A stretch of 64,000 nucleotides of DNA from Balanoglossus misakiensis (taxonomy: Eukaryota; Animalia; Hemichordata): assembly GCA_040954595.2 (NCBI GenBank), contig CM082598.2:5037097-5101096 (forward strand), read 5' to 3'. Shown here piece after piece: positions 49,842-61,761 of the stretch (positions are counted from its first letter, which is position 1; every line of letters begins with the position of its first letter). Under the pieces are notes generated by a model, which saw only the letters and a list, made by a program, of their open reading frames with translations, was not told the DNA's origin and ran no database searches. The position numbers and the translations under genes were made by a program.

Positions 49842-52800
49842 CGTTTACCGTTCCTTCGACCACAAAAAACAAAACAAAAACACTTGCTCTTGCAACACCG
49901 CGGACTGCCTCAGTGACGACGCAAGGTCTATGACCGTCTAAGCTCTGATGATCCACTTGGCCACGAAACCGGATTTTTATTCCCCAAGTCATATTAATAT
50001 GCATAAGTTACCCATAAGGATATGTAAAATCCACGTGCCCGCTTATATGCTAAGATTTGCATATGCGGGTTGGTCGGTCCCTATGTACCTCCAAAGTTTG
50101 ACTGAACGTGAACCGCCGTGGAGGTGATTTAGTATTCATGGCGGGGCCAAGGCTGTGATTACCGGGGTCTTTGCGGCTATGCACGAGCAGGGCTGACACA
50201 TAAAACCGCGATTGGGGTGTGCAGCGTTACGGCTGGAGGCCGGTACTGAACGGGCGGGGGGGGGGGGGGGGGGAGTCGTAAATCGTGCGCTTCGTGCGTC
50301 CAGGACCAATAGTAAAAATTTATTGCTGGAAATATATCCCAGGAAGGAAAGCCACAAGTTGTGAGGGTGGGTGCTAATTGTTGATTATGCATACCCTGCA
50401 ATCTGACAAAGACATGCGCAATCATTGCCATTAGTCAGATCGGGGAAACACAAAGTTCCGGTCGGCGACGTCAAATTGACAGTTTCAAAAGTTGTACCCT
50501 CTGCTGTAGGGGTGGTATTCTATTTTAGGGTAGCTTATACCAACAGTAAGGTCAGATGGTAGCGAAATGAATCGAAAAAAACCTTGGCGGTCGATGGCTG
50601 GCGGCATGGCGGGCAGAGAACTTATGTTTGCTGTACAACGCTGGCGCTACAGGGTAAAACAGGCATTTTATTTCTCTTACGAATAATCTATGATAATTTA
50701 TCGGAGAAAACCGAAAAAGAGTTATCTTTGCTACGAAAGAAATGATAAATCAATAAAATTAAAAAAAAAATGATAAATTATGCTGAAAATGTATCTGTAA
50801 GCCATCTTTCTTTCAAAATATCTGTTTCGGTGACCAAGTCATAACGATTATGTCTCCCATCCTATTTCTGGCGTTTGCCAACCAACGCCCAGGTGACGGC
50901 CCACCCCCTTACCGCGGTAACGTCAGCGTCGACAGATTCAGACGCGCAAGTTTTAAAGACTGGAAATATCCGTCATAAGGTTAGTTACGTCGTTAGCAAG
51001 CTTAGACATAGACTTACTCCAAGTCTATGGGCTTCATTATGTGAAGGGAACGCGTAGGCCCATACGACGCTACCCGAAACCACAAGCTCAGTCCCAAATT
51101 CGAAACTCACCTCATTACCAAAAACACGCTCAAGGCAAGCATGTACGCAAAAGGTATTGCAATTATTTATTAAGACAAAAAAACAACGAAAACACAAAAA
51201 GTATTGAGATTTAGATTTAAAAATCACCAAGCGACTAGTGGGCTAGTCTAGCTTAGACAGAGAAACGACGTGAGAAGTGTGTTAATCGGACATTTGTGTC
51301 AAACGAAACATTGTTTAAGCCACGAGCAAGAGGCAGGTATGCAGGTAAATATGCTGTGCATATATTTGTCTGTGAAAAGACCACTTTGTCGAACTTAAAT
51401 GCTTCGTCTACGAAGAATGAACGTTATCTCATGACATGGCAGTTTTGTCAACGAGCGACACGACCCCATTTCGAAAAAAAAAACACGTCAATAAAAAATA
51501 ATGACGAAAGTACTAGTATGATAATTTCCAGACTGTAACAAGCACCACAATGATATCATGACATGATAGTTTCCCAACAAAAAAATGACATCATTTTGCA
51601 ACGTCAATAAACACACAGAAAATAGGACATATTCCAGCCTGTACAAAGCATGCATAATGGCATCATAACATATTTGCGAGTTAGACTGAAACTGTACTAT
51701 AGATGCTGAACAGAAAAACAAAACAAAAAACAATATATTGTCAACTGTTGCAACTTCTGTCCCTTTGGTGAACCTGAAATAATTGAGTGTACCAGTGTTT
51801 ATATGCGATGTGCCATCTATTCACGCAGCACATTAACCCTTTAACCATAATGGCCCGGTCCAAACCCATTGTTTTCTATGGTGGGGTTGGACCTCTGAAG
51901 AGGAAACTGGGGGTGGAAGGGTTACAGGCGGCCGCAGCAGACGACCAGGTTGTCGAACTGTCGTCCGCAATCTTATCAGAAACACACGCACGTGCGCGCG
52001 CAAGTTAGATACGTCCACACACTTTGTGTTGGCGGCATCTCCATATACGGGTACGGGTTGTCGAGTAAAATGGCTGCTCAAAAATCATGACGTTTGACAC
52101 GCGACTGTCTCATTCAAGAGTGTCGTAACAGATAGTCGGTAATTAAGATCAATCAATTAAGTAATTAACGTTGTCGGCTATAGGTCACAAAGCCTCCTTC
52201 CCGCATCACCGTCGCTGAAAGTTTTACAAATTGTTTTTGTTCTTTTTACAATGAAAGTGTTAACGGTAATCGCCATTGACATGACGCGTGTCGTTCACTG
52301 TACAAACAAAAGCTTAAGGTGGCACGCGCCGTGGAAATCAAATTCTTAAAGTTTCTCTCATATTTTGTACTAGGCAACTTTAGATTTATAACCTTTTATA
52401 TATTAAAATAGAAATCCGGGTAATCGTTCGAAATTTTCAACGATAGAGTATCAGATTTGAAATCCAAAATGGCCACCAATCTCTCAGTACTACGAATATG
52501 TTTGGACGACTGTCGTTTTTCTGAAAATCTGTCCCCGAGGCACGACCAGAAACCTGTTACAGATATCGATGTATCATCAGCTAATTCGTTAGCTCAACAC
52601 TTGCATCCTGTTCAAGTTTAATTGAATATCACCGACCACGCTAGATGCTTTCATTAGTCATGTCGTGTGATTTCAAAGACTACCTTCAGAACCCTCTCTC
52701 ACCAGAGTACCTTATTGATGGGCCCTGTCCTCTGACAAGGAGCTGATACACGCATTTCAAACGAAAATCACGCAATGTTGATTACATAACGCGATTACCG

Positions 52801-52984
52801 TCTCCCTTTGTAACTGTGCGATTGCTTTTTGGAATATTGAGGGTACACGCTAGATGATGACATAATTATCGGCGATGATTCAATAATTTGCAAAGGAACC
52901 GGTCAGGAAGTGTTGATAGTGATTTAATTGTACATACAGGCTTTGATTTCATCCCGCAATGTATTTCTCATGTCAGCTTCCCCC

Positions 52985-53155
52985 TAGACTCTCTCACAGC
53001 CCACGATTCGCTACAAGGCTCTTCACTGATGCGCCCTCAACCGTTTGGCAAAGGAGAAGCCCCATATGGTGTTGTGTAGCGAACCTCTCGCCGGGCACAC
53101 ATGCAATCAGTTCATAAGCCTGCATGGACGACGAGAGGGGCTGTGAGAGAGTCTA
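52985..53155. mobile_element. Non-autonomous DNA transposon with TAG...CTA termini and a 9-bp TSD (AcademH-like)
   Basis: TIR tagactctctcacagccc / gggctgtgagagagtcta; identical flanks gcttccccc at 52976-52984 and 53156-53164. Confidence 0.75.
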
Positions 53156-53572
53156 GCTTCCCCCCTCGATTTCTACGCCGGCTCTACCAACATTTTCGTG
53201 TTTGTACTGTAAATGTTCTTTATCTCATAGATACGACGATTTCTCGTCAGACTTACTGCAGGCATGATCAAAGTGTACAGAAAAGGTTTAACAACCGTTA
53301 TGTAACAGCATACACTGTCCATACCAAGAGAAAAGTAACGGTAGCATAATAAAAAAAATAATCCAACTGTAATACTTACATTGTAAAACTGTCCATTTCG
53401 ACATGTAGCGCGAGAGAGAGACGGAGAGTTTGTCTCCAGCCAGAGAATTGTTTGACGCGATGATGCGAGAGATAGAGAGAGGGGGGAGGGGAGAGAGAGA
53501 GAGAAGGGAGGGAGGAGGGGGGGGGAGAGAGAGATAGAGAGAGAGCCTGCAATGTTAACGCCACCATGAACA

Positions 53573-54300
53573 TTATCATATGCCTATATTCACGTGCCCA
53601 TGTAAAGTCTATGGGGAAAAGCGCCCTCACATCCGTGCAGTTTTTTTGCTTATCACGCCCCGGCCCGGTGACCATATTTGAAAGACGCGTTCACTATCCA
53701 GATCTAGTTTTGTGTTTATTGCGCGAGATTCGAAAGTTGTCGTTGCTACGTTCGGAATTCAGTGACTAGTGCACTTGCAGTGTGTGTAGGGCCTATGTCC
53801 TATGCCGCTAACGAATCACATCCTCTTCCATTATCGCTGCTTGTTGTAGAGATTTATTTGGAATTATGAATAGTAAAATTGTTGATTTGATCTGATTAAT
53901 GTGTGACTTGTCGGCGTCGATCGTCGCGAAGAAAAAATGATGTTTTGCTCGCGCTCTGCTGTGTGAGTTCGAGCGCGTCTATATCTCACGTGCAATAGAA
54001 TGTAAACAAATGACATCGTGCATATCAATCCGCAAGAACTGGAGGAATACGGCTCTATGCTACGAGATTGATCATTTCAAAACGATAGATAAAAACGTAA
54101 TATTTACATTCCAAAATATTACAGAATGTGTATTTTATTAGTTTCTTGTAGATTATCGTTCAATAAGGCATATGATAAAACCTTTACGGCCCTGATACGG
54201 GTTTTGCGGCCCTCGGTCGTACGGCGATTCGCGCCCTCCCTGCGGTCGGGCGCTTCCGCCGTACGACCTCGGGCCGCAAAACCCGTATCAGGGCCGTAAA
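53573..54300. mobile_element. Element with 13-bp subterminal inverted repeats and a terminal 118-bp GC-rich hairpin (Crypton- or rolling-circle-like)
   Basis: ttatcatatgcct (53573) / aggcatatgataa (54166); perfect 30-bp arms at 54183-54212 and 54271-54300. Confidence 0.55.
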
Positions 54301-54449
54301 GATTATTAAAAAATTAAACACAAACAATCAAACGTTTCATATACCGACCGTTTATTCAGAATATATACCCGGGAAATATTATACCCAAAAATACAGATTG
54401 GATTGTTATATGAGGAAACATCTAAGTTTGACTGTAATGAGTTCTCAGA

Positions 54450-54730
54450 AATTCAATGTTTGAACATGTTTGAACATTGAATTTCAGGAACAACTGATTG
54501 TGGAGTCTTCTTGAAGATTATTTTCAGTGTTAACCGTTCTGTCATATAAATCTGCATTTTAATTTTTCTTCGTAGACTTAACACAGGGATCGCTCGCCGT
54601 GTTGAAAATCCAATTTGAGGCAAGTTTATAACCTCCGATCCCATTTTTAAGAGAAAATAATCTAAAGTTACCTAGAGCGAAATAAAACGGTTTAATAATA
54701 TTTTGATTTTCGAGGCGCGTGCTATTTTAA
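54450..54730 (-). mobile_element. Degenerate Kolobok-like element; related copy starts at 52314
   Basis: ttaaaatagcacgcgcctcgaaaatcaaa...ctaggtaactttagatt resembles ttaaggtggcacgcgccgtggaaatcaaa...ctaggcaactttagatt. Confidence 0.5.
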
Positions 54731-57611
54731 GCAACAACCATGACTTCGACTTCACACAAGTGCAGCATCTGTGTCTTGTCGATCAGTTGGATGCTGACGT
54801 ATCTTCCCATCATGGGCTCTTCACACCCACATGCAACGGTGATCGTCTCCTGTCTGGATCTCTTGCCCAGGACCATGTTGCCGCAGACCGGGTTGTCTTC
54901 GTAGTTAGGGCTGTTACCCACGCGCACTTCAGCGTTCTTGATACGGAAAGCTGCAACATATAAAACATAGCGACGTTTAGTGTAGATTGGATCTGTCCCT
55001 GAAGATTTTTGCAGCTTCCCAAAATGTATGCCTCTTTCATAATTCACAAAATCCTTATGAATGACACCTATATTGAAAGGCACACGATGGTCTCATGCGC
55101 ATGTGCGTAATTTCGTGTGTACAAATATTACGTCCATCCCAATGTTATGCAAATTTTGCGTTCGATGCATTCAGATAATGGACTGCCTTCGCTTCCTACC
55201 ATATTTAATGCGCACCGTATAAGTAGAATTTAGTTTTTCCCTTCTTTTCACCCAATTTGCTGTCTGTCCCGATCGCCAACACAGACTATGGTCGCCGCCA
55301 TCTTGTCTCAGTGTTGTTAGGACAGCACACTGCCTTATGGCATTGACGCCACCTGTCGCATGCTTGTTTATTTATGAATTACTTACAGCAGCAATCTTGT
55401 CGGTTTGTGATCACAAGTTTGTAGATGCCGTAACGTTTTCCAAGATCCATCCTCCACCATGGCTGAAACTCTCTGTTAGTCTGTGTGCAAGACTTTCCCG
55501 CCCTCAGATCAGAGTTTTTGTTTCCATCCACGGCTTTGTCGGCGGTTCCCCCGACCTTTGCGTTAGTTGAGCTCTGACTGACCGACTTGCCTTCAGCTAC
55601 ATTCACCAGATTGGGTGGAAATTCGCATGCTACAAAAGATGCCAAAACATGACGTTGTAGACATTTAGAAGAGAGGCCCTGGAACATGTATACTCAACAA
55701 ATAACAGAAATACAGTATAACTTACGATAACATTATCTATTCAAGGTTCATACTAATAAATGTTTTCGGCATATAGAAAAATGGTCCTGGAACATGTATA
55801 TTACACATTCGCATAAAAGGCCAAAAGAGTGGTGGCCACTACTTTGCATGGCCATCCACTGAAAAATTGGCTGGATCTGAACTTTCCATGGCAACCGATG
55901 CCAAATTTCTATTTGGTGACCGTGCACCTTTAACACTGAACTGTCAGCAGCTGAACAATAAAACATGCTTACCTAATGTAGTCGGTATTGTCGTTTGGTC
56001 TGTAAACAAAACACATTTACAAGAAAGTCATTTTCACAACTTTGATGAAAGTTACAATAGTGGTAGAGTGGATAACTTAGTTATATTCATTCACAAAATG
56101 TCCGTTTTATTGCTTTTTTAACTAGCAATATGAAGACAAATTCGCAAGAATGTGCATATGCATATGGAATGTATGCGATAAGTTTTGATAATGCCAGAAA
56201 GATTAAATAATAAACGGGTACCACACCCATTTATTCAACCGCCCATTGCAAGAGTACAGAACTATCGTGGTATGCACACATGGGTGTTAGAATCCCCACA
56301 AATTCAATATACATGTGATGTCTATGTCGACTAAGGTTAAGGAGAAGATTGAAGCATTCTATTGAGGCTTTAATGCTCACATCATGCAAAACCATAATCA
56401 GTTCTCATACCTGGATCTGGGGCTTCCGTCGTTGGAGGTGGCGGTGGGGGTGGGGGCTCGGTTGTAGGTGGTGGTGGTGCTTCAGTTGGTGGAGGGAGTA
56501 CTTTTGGTGTATCTAATAATTGGATGAAAAATTACTAGTAAGAGGAGTACAGCATAAATCAGCATATTCTTACTCGTATTAAGGTAGTACACATATAAAA
56601 AAAACAAAGTCTAAATCTTTTTCTCATATTTGATCATGGCAACTTTAGATGCATTCATATTCAGAAAAAATACTAGTAAAAGGAGTATAGCATAAATCAG
56701 CATATTCTTAATCGTATTAAGGTAGTACAAATATAAAAAAAAACAAAGTATAATCTCATATTTGATCATGGCAACTTTAGATGCATTCCTTTGTTTAAAA
56801 ATGCAAATTACAGGGTTTTTGAATTTTCCCAACGAGCTGTAGCTTGCACAAAACTAGAGCAATAAATAAAGAGCATTTATGAGGGACACTATGATCTACT
56901 TCTACTATAAAGTTAGCAATGATTACAAAATGACAGTCGGTAATAACTTACCGCAAACTCCATCATTTCTTTCAGAAACATCGCCCTCAATGTTGAGACC
57001 AGATATATCCCAAGCAAAGACGTCACCAGCTGCAGAGCAGTCTTGTGCCACTTGAGAAATTTCTTCGTTACTCAGAACACGGGACCACAAGTTGAATCCC
57101 GTGATATGACCAACCAGGGCTTGATTTGAGTCTAGTCCACCTCCAACGGAGTCTTGCTCCTGTCCCAAGGCCCAACTTCCTCCACCAGTAATCGTTCGGC
57201 CGCTGCTCATACCAGAACCAGACTTATACAATTCACCGTTATCATAATACTGCCAGATACCGCCACTGGAAGACCACGTGAGACACACGTGATGCCAGTC
57301 GCCATCATTCACCTTCAGCCCAGATCCCTGCTTGTTGTCTCCTTTGACATAGATATACAAGCTTCGTGGGTCGAACATGAGAAATTCATTGTCCTGACCC
57401 GAAACAGCATAGGATACAAGACCTGCTGCTCTCGCATCACTTGTCTTTACCCACAGACATGACGTCAATGCAGACAATGTTGGAATTGGTTTCTTCACAG
57501 TAACCATGGTATCGGGGCTCTTTAAATCCAATGTTTTGCCTGAAGTAAATGCACGAATATTCAACTCATTGATAACTATTCTATTCCCATCAATTCTAAA
57601 AGTGTAGGTCT

Positions 57612-57672
<61 letters not shown>

Positions 57673-57692
57673 CCATCATCATCGATCATCAG

Positions 57693-57745
<53 letters not shown>

Positions 57746-58953
57746 CCACCACCACCACCACCACCACCACCACCACCACCACCACCACCACCACCACCGT
57801 CATCATCATAAACAACAACAACAACAACAACAACACCATCATCATCATCACTTGTAATCAAAGCCAACTCACCTCTGTAATCAACACATCTGGCACATGT
57901 GCAGTGATCAGCAGTATTGCCACACCACCCCAAAGATGAACAGCAATGGTTCATTCCACTAGGATCGCATTCTGCTGGGCGACCATCGTTTAGGGGAAAC
58001 TTTGCTCCACATCGAAGGTCATCTCGCCATTTCCTGAAATCTAATTGAACGTGATATGTATGCAAAGAAAGCGTAAATTATTTTTCCAATTTCCCAATGC
58101 TATGTTTCCAATCAAAAGTGAAAGAAGTATTCCGCTAATTCCAAAATTCATAAAGTTTCTTCAAATTGAACTTGACTAAACAATAAGTTTGTGTCTGATT
58201 AAATTAGACCTGGAATATGTGCCTATTGAGTAATGTACTTTGCTAAAAAGAAATCGAAATCTGAGAAAACAGAAAATGAATACATGGACTTACCGCAAAC
58301 GCCATCTTTTCTTTCAGAAACATCGCCCTCAATGTTGAGACCAGATATATCCCAAGCAAAGACGTCACCAGCTGCAGAGCAGTCTTGTGCCACTTGAGAA
58401 ATTTCTTCGTTACTCAGAGCACGGGACCACAAGTTGAATCCCGTGATATGACCAACCAGGGCTTGATTTGAGTCTAGTCCACCTCCAACGGAGTCTTGCT
58501 CCTGTCCCAAGGCCCAACTTCCTCCACCAGTAATCGTTCGGCCGCTGCTCATACCAGAACCAGACTTATACAATTCACCGTTATCATAATACTGCCAGAT
58601 ACCGCCACTGGAAGACCACGTGAGACACACGTGATGCCAGTCGCCATCATTCACCTTCAGCCCAGATCCCTGCTTGTTGTCTCCTTTGACATAGATATAC
58701 AAGCTTCGTGGGTCGAACATGAGAAATTCATTGTCCTGACCCGAAACAGCATAGGATACAAGACCTGCTGCTCTCGCATCACTTGTCTTTACCCACAGAC
58801 ATGACGTCAATGCAGACAGTGTTGGAATTGGTTTCTTCAAAGTAACCATGGTATTCGGGCTCTCTAAATCCAATGTTTTGCCTGAAGTAAATGCACGAAC
58901 AATCAACTCATTGATAACTATTCTATTCCCATCAATTCTAAAAGTGTAGGTCT

Positions 58954-59043
<90 letters not shown>

Positions 59044-59052
59044 GATCATCAG

Positions 59053-59086
<34 letters not shown>

Positions 59087-59161
59087 GATCATCAGCAGCA
59101 TCATCATCATCATCATCATCACAACCACCACCACCACTACCACCACCACCACCGTCATCAT

Positions 59162-59223
<62 letters not shown>

Positions 59224-60551
59224 CGACCATCATCATCACTTGTAATCAAAGCCAACTCACCTCTGTAATCAACACATCTGGCACATGTGCAGTGATCAGC
59301 AGTATTGCCACACCACCCCAAAGAAGAACAGCAATGGTTCATTCCACCAGGATTGCATTCTGCTGGGCTACCATCTTCTAGGGGAAACTTTGCTCCGCAT
59401 CGAAGGTCATCTCGCCATTTCCTGGAATCTAATTGAACATGATATGTAGGCAAAGAAAGCGTAAATTATTTTTCCAGTTTCCCAATGCTATGTTTCCAAT
59501 CAAAAGTGAAAAAAGTATTCCGCTAATTCCAAAATTCATAAAGTTTCTTCAAATTGAACTTGACTAAACAATAAGTTTGTGTCTGATTAAATTAGAACTT
59601 GAATATGTGCCTATTGAGTAATTTACTTTCAAATTGCTATAAAGAAATCAAAATCTGAGAAAACAGAAAATGAATACATGGACATACCGCAAACGCCATC
59701 ATTTCTTTCAGAAACATCGCCCACAATGTTGAGACCAGATATATCCCAAGCAAAGACGTCACCAGCTGCAGAGCAGTCATGTGCCACTTGAGAAATTTCT
59801 TCGTCACTCAGAACACGGGACCACAAGTTGAATCCCGTGATATGACCAACCAGGGCTTGATTTGAGTCTAGTCCACCTCCAACGGAGTCTTGCTCCTGTC
59901 CCAAGGCCCAACTTCCTCCACCAGTAATCGTTCGGCCGCTGCTCATACCAGAACCAGACTTATACAATTCACCGTTATCATAATACTGCCAGACACCGCC
60001 ACTGGAAGACCACGTGAGACACACGTGATGCCATTGCCCATCATTAACCTTCAGCCCAGATCCCTGCTTGTTGTCTCCTTTGACATAGATATACAAGCTT
60101 CGTGGGTCGAACATGAGAAATTCATTGTCCTGACCCGAAACAGCATAGGATACAAGAGCTGCTTGTCTCGCATCACTTGTCTTTACCCACAGACATGACG
60201 TCAATGCAGACAATGATGGAATTGGTTTCTTCACAGTAACCATGGTATTCGGGCTCTCTAAATCCAATGTTTTGCCATCTGTAATTAAGAAATATTGACA
60301 TTGAGAACCATCTAACTAATACATTTTATTGTCTTACTTTACAAAGAGAAAATGTAAGCATCCATCATAAATGAGATAGCGGAATTTAATCGAAGAATAT
60401 CTGAGGAAAATTAAGAATATATTTCAGACGGTTACTATACCGTTCTCCTATGTTAGGCCTTTGCCATGATATCATTATAATCTGGACACTTACCTTCAGC
60501 ATAGGATACGCTGCATAGCGCAGCAACGCTCAAAATTGCCAACAAGCGCAT
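54727..60551 (-). CDS. Secreted multidomain lectin: signal peptide - pentraxin - hevein-like (chitin-binding type-1-like) - pentraxin - hevein-like - pentraxin - Pro/Thr linker - F-type lectin (FTP) domain; 10 exons, 918 aa
   Basis: Exons 60551-60494 (MRLLAILSVAALCSVSYAE), 60278-59688, 59428-59261, 58881-58294, 58040-57873, 57539-56952, 56512-56411, 55999-55973, 55629-55387 and 54950-54727 total 2757 nt; all introns are phase 1. Pentraxin signature HHVCLTWSS and LGQEQDSVGGG; CCSSLGWCGNTADHC; FTL motifs NVAEGKSVSQSS, AVDGN, PWWRMDLG, ITNRQDCC, GRYVSI, LCEVEV. Confidence 0.9.
56530..56788. repeat. Local tandem duplication of about 135 bp in a lectin intron; similar local duplication at about 3370-3580
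   Basis: tactagtaa..ggagta.agcataaatcagcatattctta..cgtattaaggtagtac...tttgatcatggcaactttagatgcattc occurs twice. Confidence 0.85.
57613..57850. repeat. Compound (CAT)n(CAC)n(CAA)n microsatellite in a lectin intron; duplicate at 58955-59238
   Basis: Directly visible trinucleotide tracts in both duplicated introns. Confidence 0.95.
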
Positions 60552-61471
60552 GATGAAGACAATCCCGTAAACTTCAGAGAGAATGGCGTCTATCAGCTAT
60601 TTATTGATTTTTTTTGCAACAGGTGGTGCATGTATTCTGAATGTCATCATTAGGGTCCTATTTGTTTACCAGAACAAATCCATGACTTTGTCGCGTGATC
60701 TACCATTCAATTGAATTGAGCGTTTCTTGAATTTTTATTACACGGACTTTAATTAGTTTGTTTCTTATACTAGCCATATGTTACAACCATATATTAATTG
60801 AGCGTGCTTTAGCATTCATGTGACGCAAAATGTGAAAATTAGCAATCAACTGTCTTTCAATACAACTTTTCTCTATAGTGTATCGTTATGAAGTCGATAT
60901 CTTTAGCAAGTTTCTTGCAGTTTGCTTGGTAAAAGAAGACGACCTTATATTCACTGGACTACTTGTATGACTGGATGAATAACGTTAGTGGTATTCATTA
61001 CTTCTCTAAAATGCAGAACACTTAGAATTTGCTTCTGTACCTTCTTTTTTTGCAGGCTGACACCATATTTCGTCCTTGGAGATTTCAACACATTTTCCAC
61101 CATATCGCAACTGTATTTTTCATATAGGCGACCATATTTGTGTGTGAAGCACCTTTGTATTTTTGCCATAATTATATCATACATGACCCCCATATTGATA
61201 TCTGATCAAAATGTTGACACTAGACTGCAAGCCATTGTAAGTTGACACATTCTCAAGAGATATGCTGTATTCTCTCCCGGGGATGAAGGGGGGGGGGGGG
61301 GTCTTGACAATGACTAATTGAGCAAACACCTGGAACTTCATTAACAACAATAGTGTGATCAGTGAGTGATACAGATGTCATGATGACGTCAGCACGTTAC
61401 GAATACATTGTTAAAACGCCATATGGAATGACATTTTCTCAACGCGTATCTACACGCCAAATACCAAGACC

Positions 61472-61761
61472 ACATACATACATACATACATACATACATA
61501 CATACATACATACATACATACATACATACATACATACATACATACATACATACATACATACATACATACATACATACACACACACATACATAGTACATAC
61601 ATACATACATACATACATACATACATACATACATACATACATACATACATACATACATACATACATACATACATACATACATACATACATACATACATAC
61701 ATACATACATACATACATACATACATACATACATACATACATACATACATACATACATACA
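61472..61761. repeat. (ATAC)n tetranucleotide microsatellite; shorter copy at 30915-30990
   Basis: Directly visible. Confidence 0.97.

Noticed and set aside
57576-57851. Poly-Met/Val/Asp/Gly ORFs (also 59039-59239, 61362-61816, 34997-35226)
   Set aside because: Translations of microsatellites that lie beyond splice donors or between genes.
58882-58910. ORF-track starts 'MIVRAFTS' / 'MNIRAFTS' suggesting separate single-exon pentraxin genes
   Set aside because: These residues are intronic; acceptors ttacttcag| at 58881 and 57539 join the upstream exons in frame and only one signal-peptide exon exists.
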